The translations under genes and the position numbers were made by a program. Of a stretch of DNA of 64,000 nt, positions 27,625 to 36,369 are shown one piece after another. This stretch comes from Armatimonadota bacterium. GTDB lineage: Bacteria > Armatimonadota > Fimbriimonadia > Fimbriimonadales > Fimbriimonadaceae. The stretch spans positions 1 through 64,000 of the forward strand of contig JANNQV010000065.1 in NCBI GenBank assembly GCA_031400935.1, given 5' to 3'. Within the stretch, counting starts at the first letter, position 1, and each line of letters starts with the position of its first letter. The notes under the pieces are model-generated. The model saw only the letters and a list, made by a program, of their open reading frames with translations. It was not told the DNA's origin and searched no databases.

Positions 27625-29616
27625 TTAATTTTCACCCCGCTCAAGGTAGTTCTCGACTGTGGTTCGTCTCCATTGCTGAGCCCATCTTTCGAAGATTCTA
27701 ATATTTTCGACAGTATCGGTAGACCAATTGAGGGAAGCCGGATTCCAAAGAACCCGAGCCGAAATAGATGCGCCCTTTACCGTTCTGACGGCATATCCAT
27801 TTCCAAAATCGAAAGCGGTTGCGTTCACGTCAACCGTTCTAATGTCAACGTATGGCAGGCCGGGCAAATCAGTTCCTGTGCCTGTAATCAAGAAGTCCTG
27901 ATCTCGCATTACCAGGCGATTTCCGCCCGAATCAAAATACCAAATCTCGCCTATCGTCACCTTCTTTCCTGCATCCATCCCAGGGAAGTAAATTCGAGTA
28001 CCTGTGCCTCCAAACAGCGACGAACCGCCAACGTAGCACTGTGCAACGCCTGGACGATCCCACACGATTTGAAAAACGCTTGGTGCCTTCATGACCTGAA
28101 CGGCCCATTCGTTTCGAGCCTGATAAAATGCCATGAACCTTCGGCCGCCAGCGATTGCAACTTGAGTCACACCCGTTCCAGGATATATGACCTGAACTTG
28201 CAAACCGTTTGCTGAATTTCTGTCGAAATCAAGAAGTCGAATCATGCCCGTAGACTTATCAACTGCGTAAGATGACCTTGTTGGGTCAACCGCCATATAA
28301 TCGTTCGATGTCGTGACAGGAATACTAGGATCACGCGGATTTGTAGGGTCATGAAGCAAAACCGCTCCTGAATCAACATCCATTACAACCAAATCAAGTC
28401 TTTGCTGGCCGCCCGCACCGTCGGAAACCGGAAATTCCATTCCCTGATACGGTTTTCTGTCCGGACCGCCTTGGCCAGTCACCATGAGCGAGGAAAGTGA
28501 AAGCTTTACGTTGTAAGGGGCACTTACTGGAGTTCTAAACTCCTGGCGAATGATTCGCCAGTCCAGCACTTCGTAGTTGACTCTTGCCCTAAGTGGAATT
28601 CTCGTTCCTCCTCGAGTTCGTTCCGTAGCGCTGTAGCCGGAAGGGTCGAACAGCATAACTCCAAGGTTTGGATCCAAAAGCTGATATTGATAGGGATTGT
28701 TCGGTGCAAATGCAACGACCCTTTCAAAGTTCTTTTGAACTTTCGTGGATTCGTCGTCAATTGAAATGTAAGTAAGGCCGGTAAGGACATTAGCAGCAGT
28801 TAGAACTTGTTGTACGTTCAGGGTCCAATAGCCTGGGTGCGCCAAACTTATCACTAAATTATTGCGTATCTCCTGGGGATTGAGATCAATTACCTCATCA
28901 AGCCGATTTGCGGAGCCATCGTTAACGTAATAGCTGAAACTCACACGATAAGGCGATGCGGCAGGGTCAACTGGCAGCTGAATGATTGGCAAATAAATTG
29001 TGTCGTTTGCGCTACCAGCGTCATCTTCTTCCGAAACATAAAACTCGTAATTTCGGTTAATCGAACCGGGTCCAGGCTGATCAAACCGGCGAACCATGTC
29101 ATTGCCATAAACGCTAAGCAGTGCTGAATAAGCTGGATTGAACAAGATTGGCGCAAACTGGAGCACCATAAGCCCGCCCATCACGCCGTTCACATTGCGC
29201 GGCGCAGGCACTCGGCCACCTTCGCCGACGACTCTTCGCACGATGTTAGCTCCCGACAGCAATTGCACTTTTCCAAGAACGTTGTTGGCACCATCTAATA
29301 CCATTCCGTCGGTATCAATACCAACGCCAGCAGGACCTAGGTTCCGATTATCCCGACTGGTATCCGCCAAGATACTGATTCCAGTAACGCTCCAAACATA
29401 CGTGACTGGCAAAATCATTTCTGCCAAACGATCCGAACGCCCTTTCACGCGCTCAATTTCAGTACGCGCCAATTCATTTGCGATCGAATTGTTCCGAGTC
29501 ATTGAAAGAGCCTGCAGCCCACCAGGAAACACTTGAATCACTCCAAGGATTCCGATCAAAAAGATCACAATCACTACAAGCAGTTCAACTAAAGAAGTTC
29601 CGGCGTTGCGTTTCAT
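27625..29616 (-). CDS. Giant PilV/GspI-like minor pilin (~660 aa)
   Basis: MKRNAG|TSLVELLVVIVIFLIGILG...IANELARTEIERV. Start at 29616 or 29628. Confidence 0.82.
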   Translation of the reverse strand: MKRNAGTSLVELLVVIVIFLIGILGVIQVFPGGLQALSMTRNNSIANELARTEIERVKGRSDRLAEMILPVTYVWSVTGISILADTSRDNRNLGPAGVGIDTDGMVLDGANNVLGKVQLLSGANIVRRVVGEGGRVPAPRNVNGVMGGLMVLQFAPILFNPAYSALLSVYGNDMVRRFDQPGPGSINRNYEFYVSEEDDAGSANDTIYLPIIQLPVDPAASPYRVSFSYYVNDGSANRLDEVIDLNPQEIRNNLVISLAHPGYWTLNVQQVLTAANVLTGLTYISIDDESTKVQKNFERVVAFAPNNPYQYQLLDPNLGVMLFDPSGYSATERTRGGTRIPLRARVNYEVLDWRIIRQEFRTPVSAPYNVKLSLSSLMVTGQGGPDRKPYQGMEFPVSDGAGGQQRLDLVVMDVDSGAVLLHDPTNPRDPSIPVTTSNDYMAVDPTRSSYAVDKSTGMIRLLDFDRNSANGLQVQVIYPGTGVTQVAIAGGRRFMAFYQARNEWAVQVMKAPSVFQIVWDRPGVAQCYVGGSSLFGGTGTRIYFPGMDAGKKVTIGEIWYFDSGGNRLVMRDQDFLITGTGTDLPGLPYVDIRTVDVNATAFDFGNGYAVRTVKGASISARVLWNPASLNWSTDTVENIRIFERWAQQWRRTTVENYLERGEN

Positions 29617-29657
29617 CGGGTTCACCATGTTAAAAATTGGTCTCGCCATTCTAGTCG

Positions 29658-30509
29658 TCAGGGTCGAATTCCCCATGCGGTATCGTACACATTGCGTGTA
29701 TCCATCATTCGAGCCGATCCACCAAGGAATAGAACGGAATCTCGCTTTGTGCGCTCAGGCGGAACAGCCGATCCTTCTCGGAAATAGCTGTTCCATGTGA
29801 TCACAGTCGTCTCGGGCGGGTCGTCATAGCCCAACTGGCGAGGGTCATCGTTGCCGCTCCCAAGCGGGCAACCATTTACGCCCAATCCCCATGTCGTCCA
29901 GAATAAAGTGTATCGAAGCTCAGATCTCTTTACTCCGCTTGGTCCGCGAGCATCGGCAACATCATAGCCGCTGATTTTATAAAAATTCAAAGCATCTGCA
30001 ACGACTGCCGTTGGAGTATTGTTGCCAGTAATTGCTGAATTTGCAACCATTCCTGTTTCGTCAGAATCATAAGCTTGCAACGCGCCTTCTGTTGTGCAAG
30101 CCGTAAATCCAGGTGCCGACACTCCCGGCCAATATGTATTTGTTGTGGCAACCAACGAAGATCGCTCAAATGCTGGTTGCAATGTTGCGATACTTTGGAT
30201 TCTCTTGCTATACAAGAAGCCCTGCAAAGCATTTGCAGGGATCACTTGCCCAGTACTCGGGCCACTCGTATACAGTGTCACGTAGCCAAGGAGCGCGGGA
30301 GGAAAGCCGCCTTGATCCACCCGATATTGCTGAAGCGCCGAACGAATCAAGTTCATGTTCGACATATCCTGATTTCGGTAAGCAGAATCCTTCGTGCGGA
30401 CTACGGCTGGAATGATAATCCCCGCCAAAATGGCGATAATTGCGATTACCACTAGCAATTCGATAAGGGTGAACCCTCTTCGCAGTTTCATAATTGTGTG
30501 TTCCGACAT
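29658..30509 (-). CDS. Type IV prepilin / GspG-like pseudopilin (~280 aa)
   Basis: RRG|FTLIELLVVIAIIAILAG; IRSALQQYRVDQGGFP resembles the GspG LxxYxxDxGxYP motif. Confidence 0.85.
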   Translation of the reverse strand: MSEHTIMKLRRGFTLIELLVVIAIIAILAGIIIPAVVRTKDSAYRNQDMSNMNLIRSALQQYRVDQGGFPPALLGYVTLYTSGPSTGQVIPANALQGFLYSKRIQSIATLQPAFERSSLVATTNTYWPGVSAPGFTACTTEGALQAYDSDETGMVANSAITGNNTPTAVVADALNFYKISGYDVADARGPSGVKRSELRYTLFWTTWGLGVNGCPLGSGNDDPRQLGYDDPPETTVITWNSYFREGSAVPPERTKRDSVLFLGGSARMMDTRNVYDTAWGIRP

Positions 30510-30559
30510 ATTTTCCCCGGTATTACGACATTGATTCGTCTTTGATTGTTCCCTATATT

Positions 30560-31588
30560 CTAGCTCGGTGCAAATGATCTTAAATATGCGTCAACGACGC
30601 CTAGTAATTGTGACTGAAAAACGACGGCTGCGATAGCCCCTAAAGCGAGGTAAGGACCAAATGGAATCATCGTTGATCCAATCGGAAATTCCTCGTCTTC
30701 CACAGACACGAACGGAGGCTCTCCAAACCACTTTTCATAAAACTTTGGTACAAACAGCCCTATGATGTCAAAAGAGAGCAGGTAGCCGACCCCCGACTTC
30801 AAGATCGAGCCTATGGATTCTGGCTCGTAATCCTCTTCCTCATCCTCCGCACTAATTTCTCCTGTGCCGCCCACGCTTGTTGGTTGTTGAAAAGCGTATT
30901 TTTGTATGACACCCAAAACGGCTCCTAGAACGATCGCAATTGCGAAGCTAATTAACGCCGGAATTGGACCAATTACCGCACCGATTCCACGAGCCAATTT
31001 GATGTCGCCATGACCCATCGCATCTTTGCCGAAAGCGATCCTTCCCAAAAACGTGATTCCCCACAAAACGCCCATGCCGACAAGATATCCGGCGAGAGCG
31101 GTAGGCATCCCCCAAGTAAACGCTTGTGGCAATGCTGAGAAATACCAATAGGAATTCAGCCCGATTCCGACAAAAACCAGAAAGGCGTTGACCTGATCCG
31201 GGATAATGAAATACTCAAGATCGGTGAATATGCAAACGATCAACGCCGAAGCTGCAAGGGCGTAGGCAATGGCTCGAACCCAATCATCGCCAACCACCAT
31301 ATACTGGTACCAAACTCCAGCCCAAATTGCGCCTGTAACCATCTCGACCCAAAAATATCTGGAACTTACTGGCGCAGAACAGTGCCTGCATTTCCCTCGA
31401 CTCAAAAGCCATGAAAACAGCGGCATAAGATCGGCAGGGCCAAGAGATGCTCGGCATTTCGGGCAGTAGCTCCTAGGAGGATCGTAAATCGAAAGACAAC
31501 GTGGAGTGCGATAGATAACAACGGTCAAAAAGCTACCAATGGCAGTTCCAATGAAAAATCCGACAACCCAAGTCCAATCAGGAAACAT
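30560..31588 (-). CDS. pilD: Prepilin peptidase/methyltransferase
   Basis: GSFLTVVIYR, CPKC...CRHC Zn motif, TDLEYFIIPD, MGHGDIKL and IPFGPYLA motifs. Confidence 0.95.
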   Translation of the reverse strand: MFPDWTWVVGFFIGTAIGSFLTVVIYRTPRCLSIYDPPRSYCPKCRASLGPADLMPLFSWLLSRGKCRHCSAPVSSRYFWVEMVTGAIWAGVWYQYMVVGDDWVRAIAYALAASALIVCIFTDLEYFIIPDQVNAFLVFVGIGLNSYWYFSALPQAFTWGMPTALAGYLVGMGVLWGITFLGRIAFGKDAMGHGDIKLARGIGAVIGPIPALISFAIAIVLGAVLGVIQKYAFQQPTSVGGTGEISAEDEEEDYEPESIGSILKSGVGYLLSFDIIGLFVPKFYEKWFGEPPFVSVEDEEFPIGSTMIPFGPYLALGAIAAVVFQSQLLGVVDAYLRSFAPS

Positions 31589-31653
31589 CGCTTTCGCCGA
31601 TTCTCCTTACAGTAATAGGTTTCGCCATTCAGTTCTTCCTTGATTCTGAGTAG

Positions 31654-31690
31654 CTTGCCTGAATTTCCGATCAAAGGAAAATCAGGCAAG
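31654..31690. terminator. Hairpin between pilC and pilD
   Basis: CTTGCCTGAATTTCC...GGAAAATCAGGCAAG, 15-bp stem with one mismatch. Confidence 0.5.
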
Positions 31691-31707
31691 TGCCAACCTT
31701 AACGTCG

Positions 31708-32937
31708 CTATTCGCCGGATTCTGGCGAAGTCAAACTCGAAATAACCTTTGCAAACGGCATAAACATCGAGATGACGATAAAGCCAACGATAAACCCGAG
31801 CGAAACGATCATGATAGGTTCAAGCGCGGCTGTTAGCGAAGCCAAAGTCGCTTCGACTTCTGCTTCATAAAAGTCAGCGATTTTTTGCAGCATAAAGTCA
31901 AGCGAACCGGATTCTTCGCCGACCCCAATCATGTGAACAACCATTGGTGGGAAAAGTCGAGAAGCTTCCAAAGGATCACCGATTCGGTCTCCTTCTCGAA
32001 TTCTGGCGCGAGCTTCCATGACCGCGTCAGACATGATTGAATTACCAACCGTTCCTGAAACTGTTTCCATAGCCTGCAGAATCGGAACACCAGAAGTCAA
32101 AAGTGTGCCCAATGTGCGGCTGAACCGTGACATACAAATTTTGTGGTGCAGCTTGCCAAACACTGGAACCTTTAGCTTTATTCGATCGGTAATCCTCCGG
32201 CCAAAGCGAGTCGAAACAAAAACTTTTTGCGCGACGACAATAAAAATCAGCGAAACGACATAAAGCCACCACCATTTGACGAGTCCGTGAGAAACGTCTA
32301 TCAAAAACTGAGTTGAGGCGGGCATGTCATCGCGCTTCAGTCCCAAGTCAACCATGATCTGCGCCCATTGCGGGACAAACCAATAAACAAGAAAGAGCGT
32401 AATTGCCGATGCCAAAACCATAACCAAAACTGGGTAGGTCATCGCAGATTTCACCTTGCGGCGAAGCTCGACATCTTTTTCCAAAAAGTGCGAAAGTCGC
32501 TGAAGGGATTCTTCAAGAACACCGCCAATTTCACCAGCACGAATCAATCCGATAAACAAACTGCTAAAGGTTCGCGGGTGCCTTTGCATGGCACGAGACA
32601 GGCTTTCACCACCTTCAACTCGCTCTCCAATATCAATGATGATCTTTTTCAGCTTAGGATCTTCTTGTTGCTGAGACAGAACGTCAAGGCATCGCACCAA
32701 CGAAACGCCAGCGTCAACCATGGTCGAAAACTGACGACAAAATATCGCAAGCCGACCCAATTTGACCTTTCCGTAACGTTTTGGTTTGGCACTCTTGGCC
32801 CTGATCATCGTAACTTCGGTGATCGTGAAACCTTGTTCTTCAAACCTTTTACGAAGAATCTCTTCGCTTTCTGCATCGGCTGTTCCCTTTTGGGTGCCTC
32901 CGCTTGCATCTCGAAATGTGTAGGAATATACGGGCAT
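31708..32937 (-). CDS. pilC: Type IV pilus inner-membrane platform protein PilC/GspF
   Basis: FCRQFSTMVDAGVSL, AGEIGGVLE, GEESGSLD and LEPIMIV motifs. Confidence 0.95.
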   Translation of the reverse strand: MPVYSYTFRDASGGTQKGTADAESEEILRKRFEEQGFTITEVTMIRAKSAKPKRYGKVKLGRLAIFCRQFSTMVDAGVSLVRCLDVLSQQQEDPKLKKIIIDIGERVEGGESLSRAMQRHPRTFSSLFIGLIRAGEIGGVLEESLQRLSHFLEKDVELRRKVKSAMTYPVLVMVLASAITLFLVYWFVPQWAQIMVDLGLKRDDMPASTQFLIDVSHGLVKWWWLYVVSLIFIVVAQKVFVSTRFGRRITDRIKLKVPVFGKLHHKICMSRFSRTLGTLLTSGVPILQAMETVSGTVGNSIMSDAVMEARARIREGDRIGDPLEASRLFPPMVVHMIGVGEESGSLDFMLQKIADFYEAEVEATLASLTAALEPIMIVSLGFIVGFIVISMFMPFAKVISSLTSPESGE

Positions 32938-32954
32938 TTTTTTCTCCTATCGGC

Positions 32955-34154
32955 CTATCTTCGTGGAGGAGGTGCGCCTTGGGCTCCAACTTGAGGCGTG
33001 TTGATCATTTTCTTCAATTCTTCAACGTTTACTGCACGAGTCATCGCATCTTCGAGAGTTATGACTCCCTTTAGATACAAATCGCGCAACGTTTGGTCCA
33101 TCGCAACCATGCCAACGTTGGCACTGGTCTGAATAACCGACGGAATCTGGTGCGTTTTGTTTTCGCGAATCAAGTTTCGAATAGCCGGAGTCGCAATCAT
33201 GATTTCGATTGCTGGAACACGTCCAGGGTTCCCGGCTCTAGCTAAAAGTTGTTGAGCGATAACCGCAATCAAGTTGTTTGAAAGCTGAATTCGAATTTGC
33301 TCTTGTTGTCCAGGGGGGAAAACGTCAATCATACGGTCAATAGATTCTGCAGCAGTATTTGTATGCAGGGTAGCAAACACCAAGTGTCCCGTTTCAGCAG
33401 CTGTGATTGCAAGCTGAATCGTTTCAAGGTCGCGCATTTCACCAACCAGAATGACGTCAGGGTCTTCGCGAAGGCTTGCCCTCAATGCTGCGCCAAAGCT
33501 CTTAGTATCTTGTCCAAGTTCACGTTGGTTAATTACTGACAGCTTGTTGCTGTGCAGGTATTCAATTGGATCTTCAATTGTAATAATGTGGTGCGCATGC
33601 TGAGTATTGATAAAGTCAATCATTGCAGCAAGCGAAGTTGACTTTCCAGAACCTGTAGGGCCTGTGACAAGCACCAATCCACGTGGCTTTTCCGTTAACT
33701 GCTCCAACAAGAGCGGCAAGTTCAAATCACGGCACGTCGGAATCTTTTGAGGAATCAATCGAAACGCTGCGGCGACCGTGCCTCGATCTCGGTACATATT
33801 CACACGAAAACGGGCTCGACGCGGAAGCGAGTACGAAAAGTCAAGCTCCATCGTTGTTTCAAACTTGTGAATCTGTTCATCCGAAAGGATGTCGTACATC
33901 ATCCGCTGGCTGATGTTGTAAGGCACCTTAATGTAGTTCAAACGCTTGAGTTGGCCGTCTTCTCGAATGACAGGCTCGCAGTCTGCGCTCAAGTGCAAGT
34001 CAGAAGCGTTGCGATCAACGACGATGTGCAATAAGTCGTCAATGTGCAAATCTTCAACGATCTGCGGTTCGCCAGCTTTGCGATCTTCTTGTGCGCCTGG
34101 CTTATACGCGCCGGGGAGTCCTTCGTCAAACTTAAATTCAGGTCCAGTATCCAT
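32955..34154 (-). CDS. pilT: Pilus retraction ATPase PilT
   Basis: GPTGSGKSTS, TIEDPIEY, LREDPDVILVGEMRD and the AIRNLIRE signature. Confidence 0.96.
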   Translation of the reverse strand: MDTGPEFKFDEGLPGAYKPGAQEDRKAGEPQIVEDLHIDDLLHIVVDRNASDLHLSADCEPVIREDGQLKRLNYIKVPYNISQRMMYDILSDEQIHKFETTMELDFSYSLPRRARFRVNMYRDRGTVAAAFRLIPQKIPTCRDLNLPLLLEQLTEKPRGLVLVTGPTGSGKSTSLAAMIDFINTQHAHHIITIEDPIEYLHSNKLSVINQRELGQDTKSFGAALRASLREDPDVILVGEMRDLETIQLAITAAETGHLVFATLHTNTAAESIDRMIDVFPPGQQEQIRIQLSNNLIAVIAQQLLARAGNPGRVPAIEIMIATPAIRNLIRENKTHQIPSVIQTSANVGMVAMDQTLRDLYLKGVITLEDAMTRAVNVEELKKMINTPQVGAQGAPPPRR

Positions 34155-34208
34155 TCGTTTTTGTTTCGTTACCTCAAATTGTCGTCAATTCTTCTCAAAG
34201 CGTCAGGG

Positions 34209-35990
34209 TTAAAAACCAGCAGTGAAGACAACGCGCATGACCTCATCTGGAGTCGTGATGCCGCCAAGCACCTTTACCAGTCCGTCTTCGCGCAATTCTC
34301 TCATGCCGTTTGCCTTCGATGCCTCTTTAATGTCCGCGAGCGGAGCTCGCCGAACTACCATGTCGGCAATCTCAGCATTCATGACCATAAGCTCATGGAA
34401 ACCGGTTCGTCCCCTAAAGCCTGTCATTCGATTGTGCTCGGCAGGAACGCCTCGCCATAAAGTGACCATTTCTTCAGGATCAGTAACTTGGAATCCAAAT
34501 CTCCTCAAATCCATTGCGGCGACTTCGTACGTTTCCTTGTTTTCCGAGTCAATTCTTCGTCCAAGTCGTTGAGCTAGAACGCCAATAACCGTAGCAGCGA
34601 TCAAGTATGGCTCTACGCCCATATCAATCATACGAAGGGTGGCTGAAGGCGCATCGTTCGTGTGAAGCGTGGAAAGTACCAAGTGACCTGTTAGGGACGA
34701 CTCAATCGCAATTTCCGCAGTTTCAAGGTCACGCATTTCACCAACCATGATGATGTCAGGATCCTGTCGAAGGAAGGCGCGAAGCGCAGTTCCAAAATTA
34801 AGACCAGCCTTTCGGTTCACTTGAACTTGCGCGATGCCATTAAGCTGATACTCAACTGGGTCTTCAACGGTCAAGATGTTCACGCCGACAGTGTTGAGCC
34901 GGTTTAGAACCGAGTACTGAGTGGTCGTTTTTCCAGAACCCGTAGGTCCTGTGCAAAGGAACATACCGTTCGGCTGATTCGTTAGCTCCTCGATCTTCAG
35001 CATGTTCTCGTCGGTAAATCCGAGCTTGCCAAGTCCAATCATAACGCTGGACTTATCGAGAATACGCATAACGATCTTTTCGCCAAACGGCGTGGGAACT
35101 GTACTTACACGTAGGTCGAATTCCTTCGTTTGATGCCGAACTTCAATACGACCATCTTGAGGAACACGCCTTTCAGCGATGTTCATGTCCGCCATGATCT
35201 TCAAACGCGAAATGAGCGGAGCCTGAAGATTCTTTGGAATCGTCATCGCTTCCATCAAAACGCCGTCAATTCTGTACCGAATTCGAAGGGCTCTGGACTG
35301 CGGTTCAACGTGGATATCAGATGCTCTATCAGAAATGGCTTGCTGAATCAAAGCATTCGCCAATTTGATGATTGGAGCTTGCTCCGCCATCTTTTCGGCG
35401 TCATCGCCGCCCATTTCTTCATCAATTTCGCGTCCGCGTGCAACTTGAGCACCAGCGATTGCCGCTTTGATGTCGCCATATCCGGCGGCGGTTGCAGCAG
35501 TTTCAGACATGCCCTCTTTAGCTGACGGCGCCGCGCCGTTGGTGGCTCCAGAAGAACCGCCGTAATACTTTCGAATCGCGTCTTCGATTGCGCCAGGAAC
35601 TGCTAATACAGGCGTTACCCTGCAACCGGAAACCATACGCACATCATCGGCGGCCTGAATGTTGTTGACATTCGACATCGCCAGCCATAGGGTCGTTCCA
35701 TCCTTGCGAACCGGAATCACCATATGGTTTTTTGCGAGTCGCTCAGGAACCATGTTGATTGCCGAGCTTTCAATAGTGATCGAGTCGAGGTTCACGAATG
35801 CGTAGCCCATTTCTTGAGCTTTAGCTTCGAGTACTTCTCGTTCACCGACCATGCCTAAGTTCACTAAAACTCGGCCAAGATCTGTGTCTTTGGTTTGATC
35901 CTGAACTTTCTTAGCTTCGTCAAGCTGTTCAGTCTTTACATACTCTTTTTTGAGTAGATATTCATGCATTGGCAAACGCGGTAGCGCCAT
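34209..35990 (-). CDS. pilB: Pilus extension ATPase PilB (GspE family)
   Basis: ASDIHVEP, PQDGR, GPTGSGKTTT, LRQDPDIIMVGEMRD and LSTLHTND motifs. Confidence 0.95.
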   Translation of the reverse strand: MALPRLPMHEYLLKKEYVKTEQLDEAKKVQDQTKDTDLGRVLVNLGMVGEREVLEAKAQEMGYAFVNLDSITIESSAINMVPERLAKNHMVIPVRKDGTTLWLAMSNVNNIQAADDVRMVSGCRVTPVLAVPGAIEDAIRKYYGGSSGATNGAAPSAKEGMSETAATAAGYGDIKAAIAGAQVARGREIDEEMGGDDAEKMAEQAPIIKLANALIQQAISDRASDIHVEPQSRALRIRYRIDGVLMEAMTIPKNLQAPLISRLKIMADMNIAERRVPQDGRIEVRHQTKEFDLRVSTVPTPFGEKIVMRILDKSSVMIGLGKLGFTDENMLKIEELTNQPNGMFLCTGPTGSGKTTTQYSVLNRLNTVGVNILTVEDPVEYQLNGIAQVQVNRKAGLNFGTALRAFLRQDPDIIMVGEMRDLETAEIAIESSLTGHLVLSTLHTNDAPSATLRMIDMGVEPYLIAATVIGVLAQRLGRRIDSENKETYEVAAMDLRRFGFQVTDPEEMVTLWRGVPAEHNRMTGFRGRTGFHELMVMNAEIADMVVRRAPLADIKEASKANGMRELREDGLVKVLGGITTPDEVMRVVFTAGF

Positions 35991-36226
35991 TCGTAAAACC
36001 CACCTTCAAGTCAACGGAACCTAAGCGCGATTCACGCACTTCTTACATTGATCGCTCATTGTAGCGCAACCAGGGGGAAAAGTGCGATGTCAGAGGTCCG
36101 ATTCTCAATAAAACTGACGGAATGAGGGTTGAGGAACGTTCGAGGTTGGGGAAAACCTGGTCAAAGTCAGGATTGGGGTTATTGGGTCACGGGGTCATTT
36201 GGTTGGCGGATGGCAGTTGGCAGCCG

Positions 36227-36329
36227 TCCACAATCCAAAATCCAAAATCCAAAATCTCCCTATGACCAATTACCCCATACCCCATACCCCATACCCCATA
36301 CCCCATACCCCATACCCCATACCCCATAC
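36227..36329 (+). repeat. Heptamer tandem arrays (TCCAAAA)x~4 and (TACCCCA)x8 upstream of argS
   Basis: Read directly at 36227-36256 and 36271-36329. Confidence 0.95.
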
Positions 36330-36369
36330 GCCAATCACCCAATAACCCCGCAGGTACACTCCTCCTTCC

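Noticed and set aside
36140..36175. Possible c-di-GMP-I riboswitch near pilB (GGAAAACCTGG...CAGG)
   Set aside because: No GNRA loop or GCAAA/P3 element, and it lies on the wrong strand for pilB.
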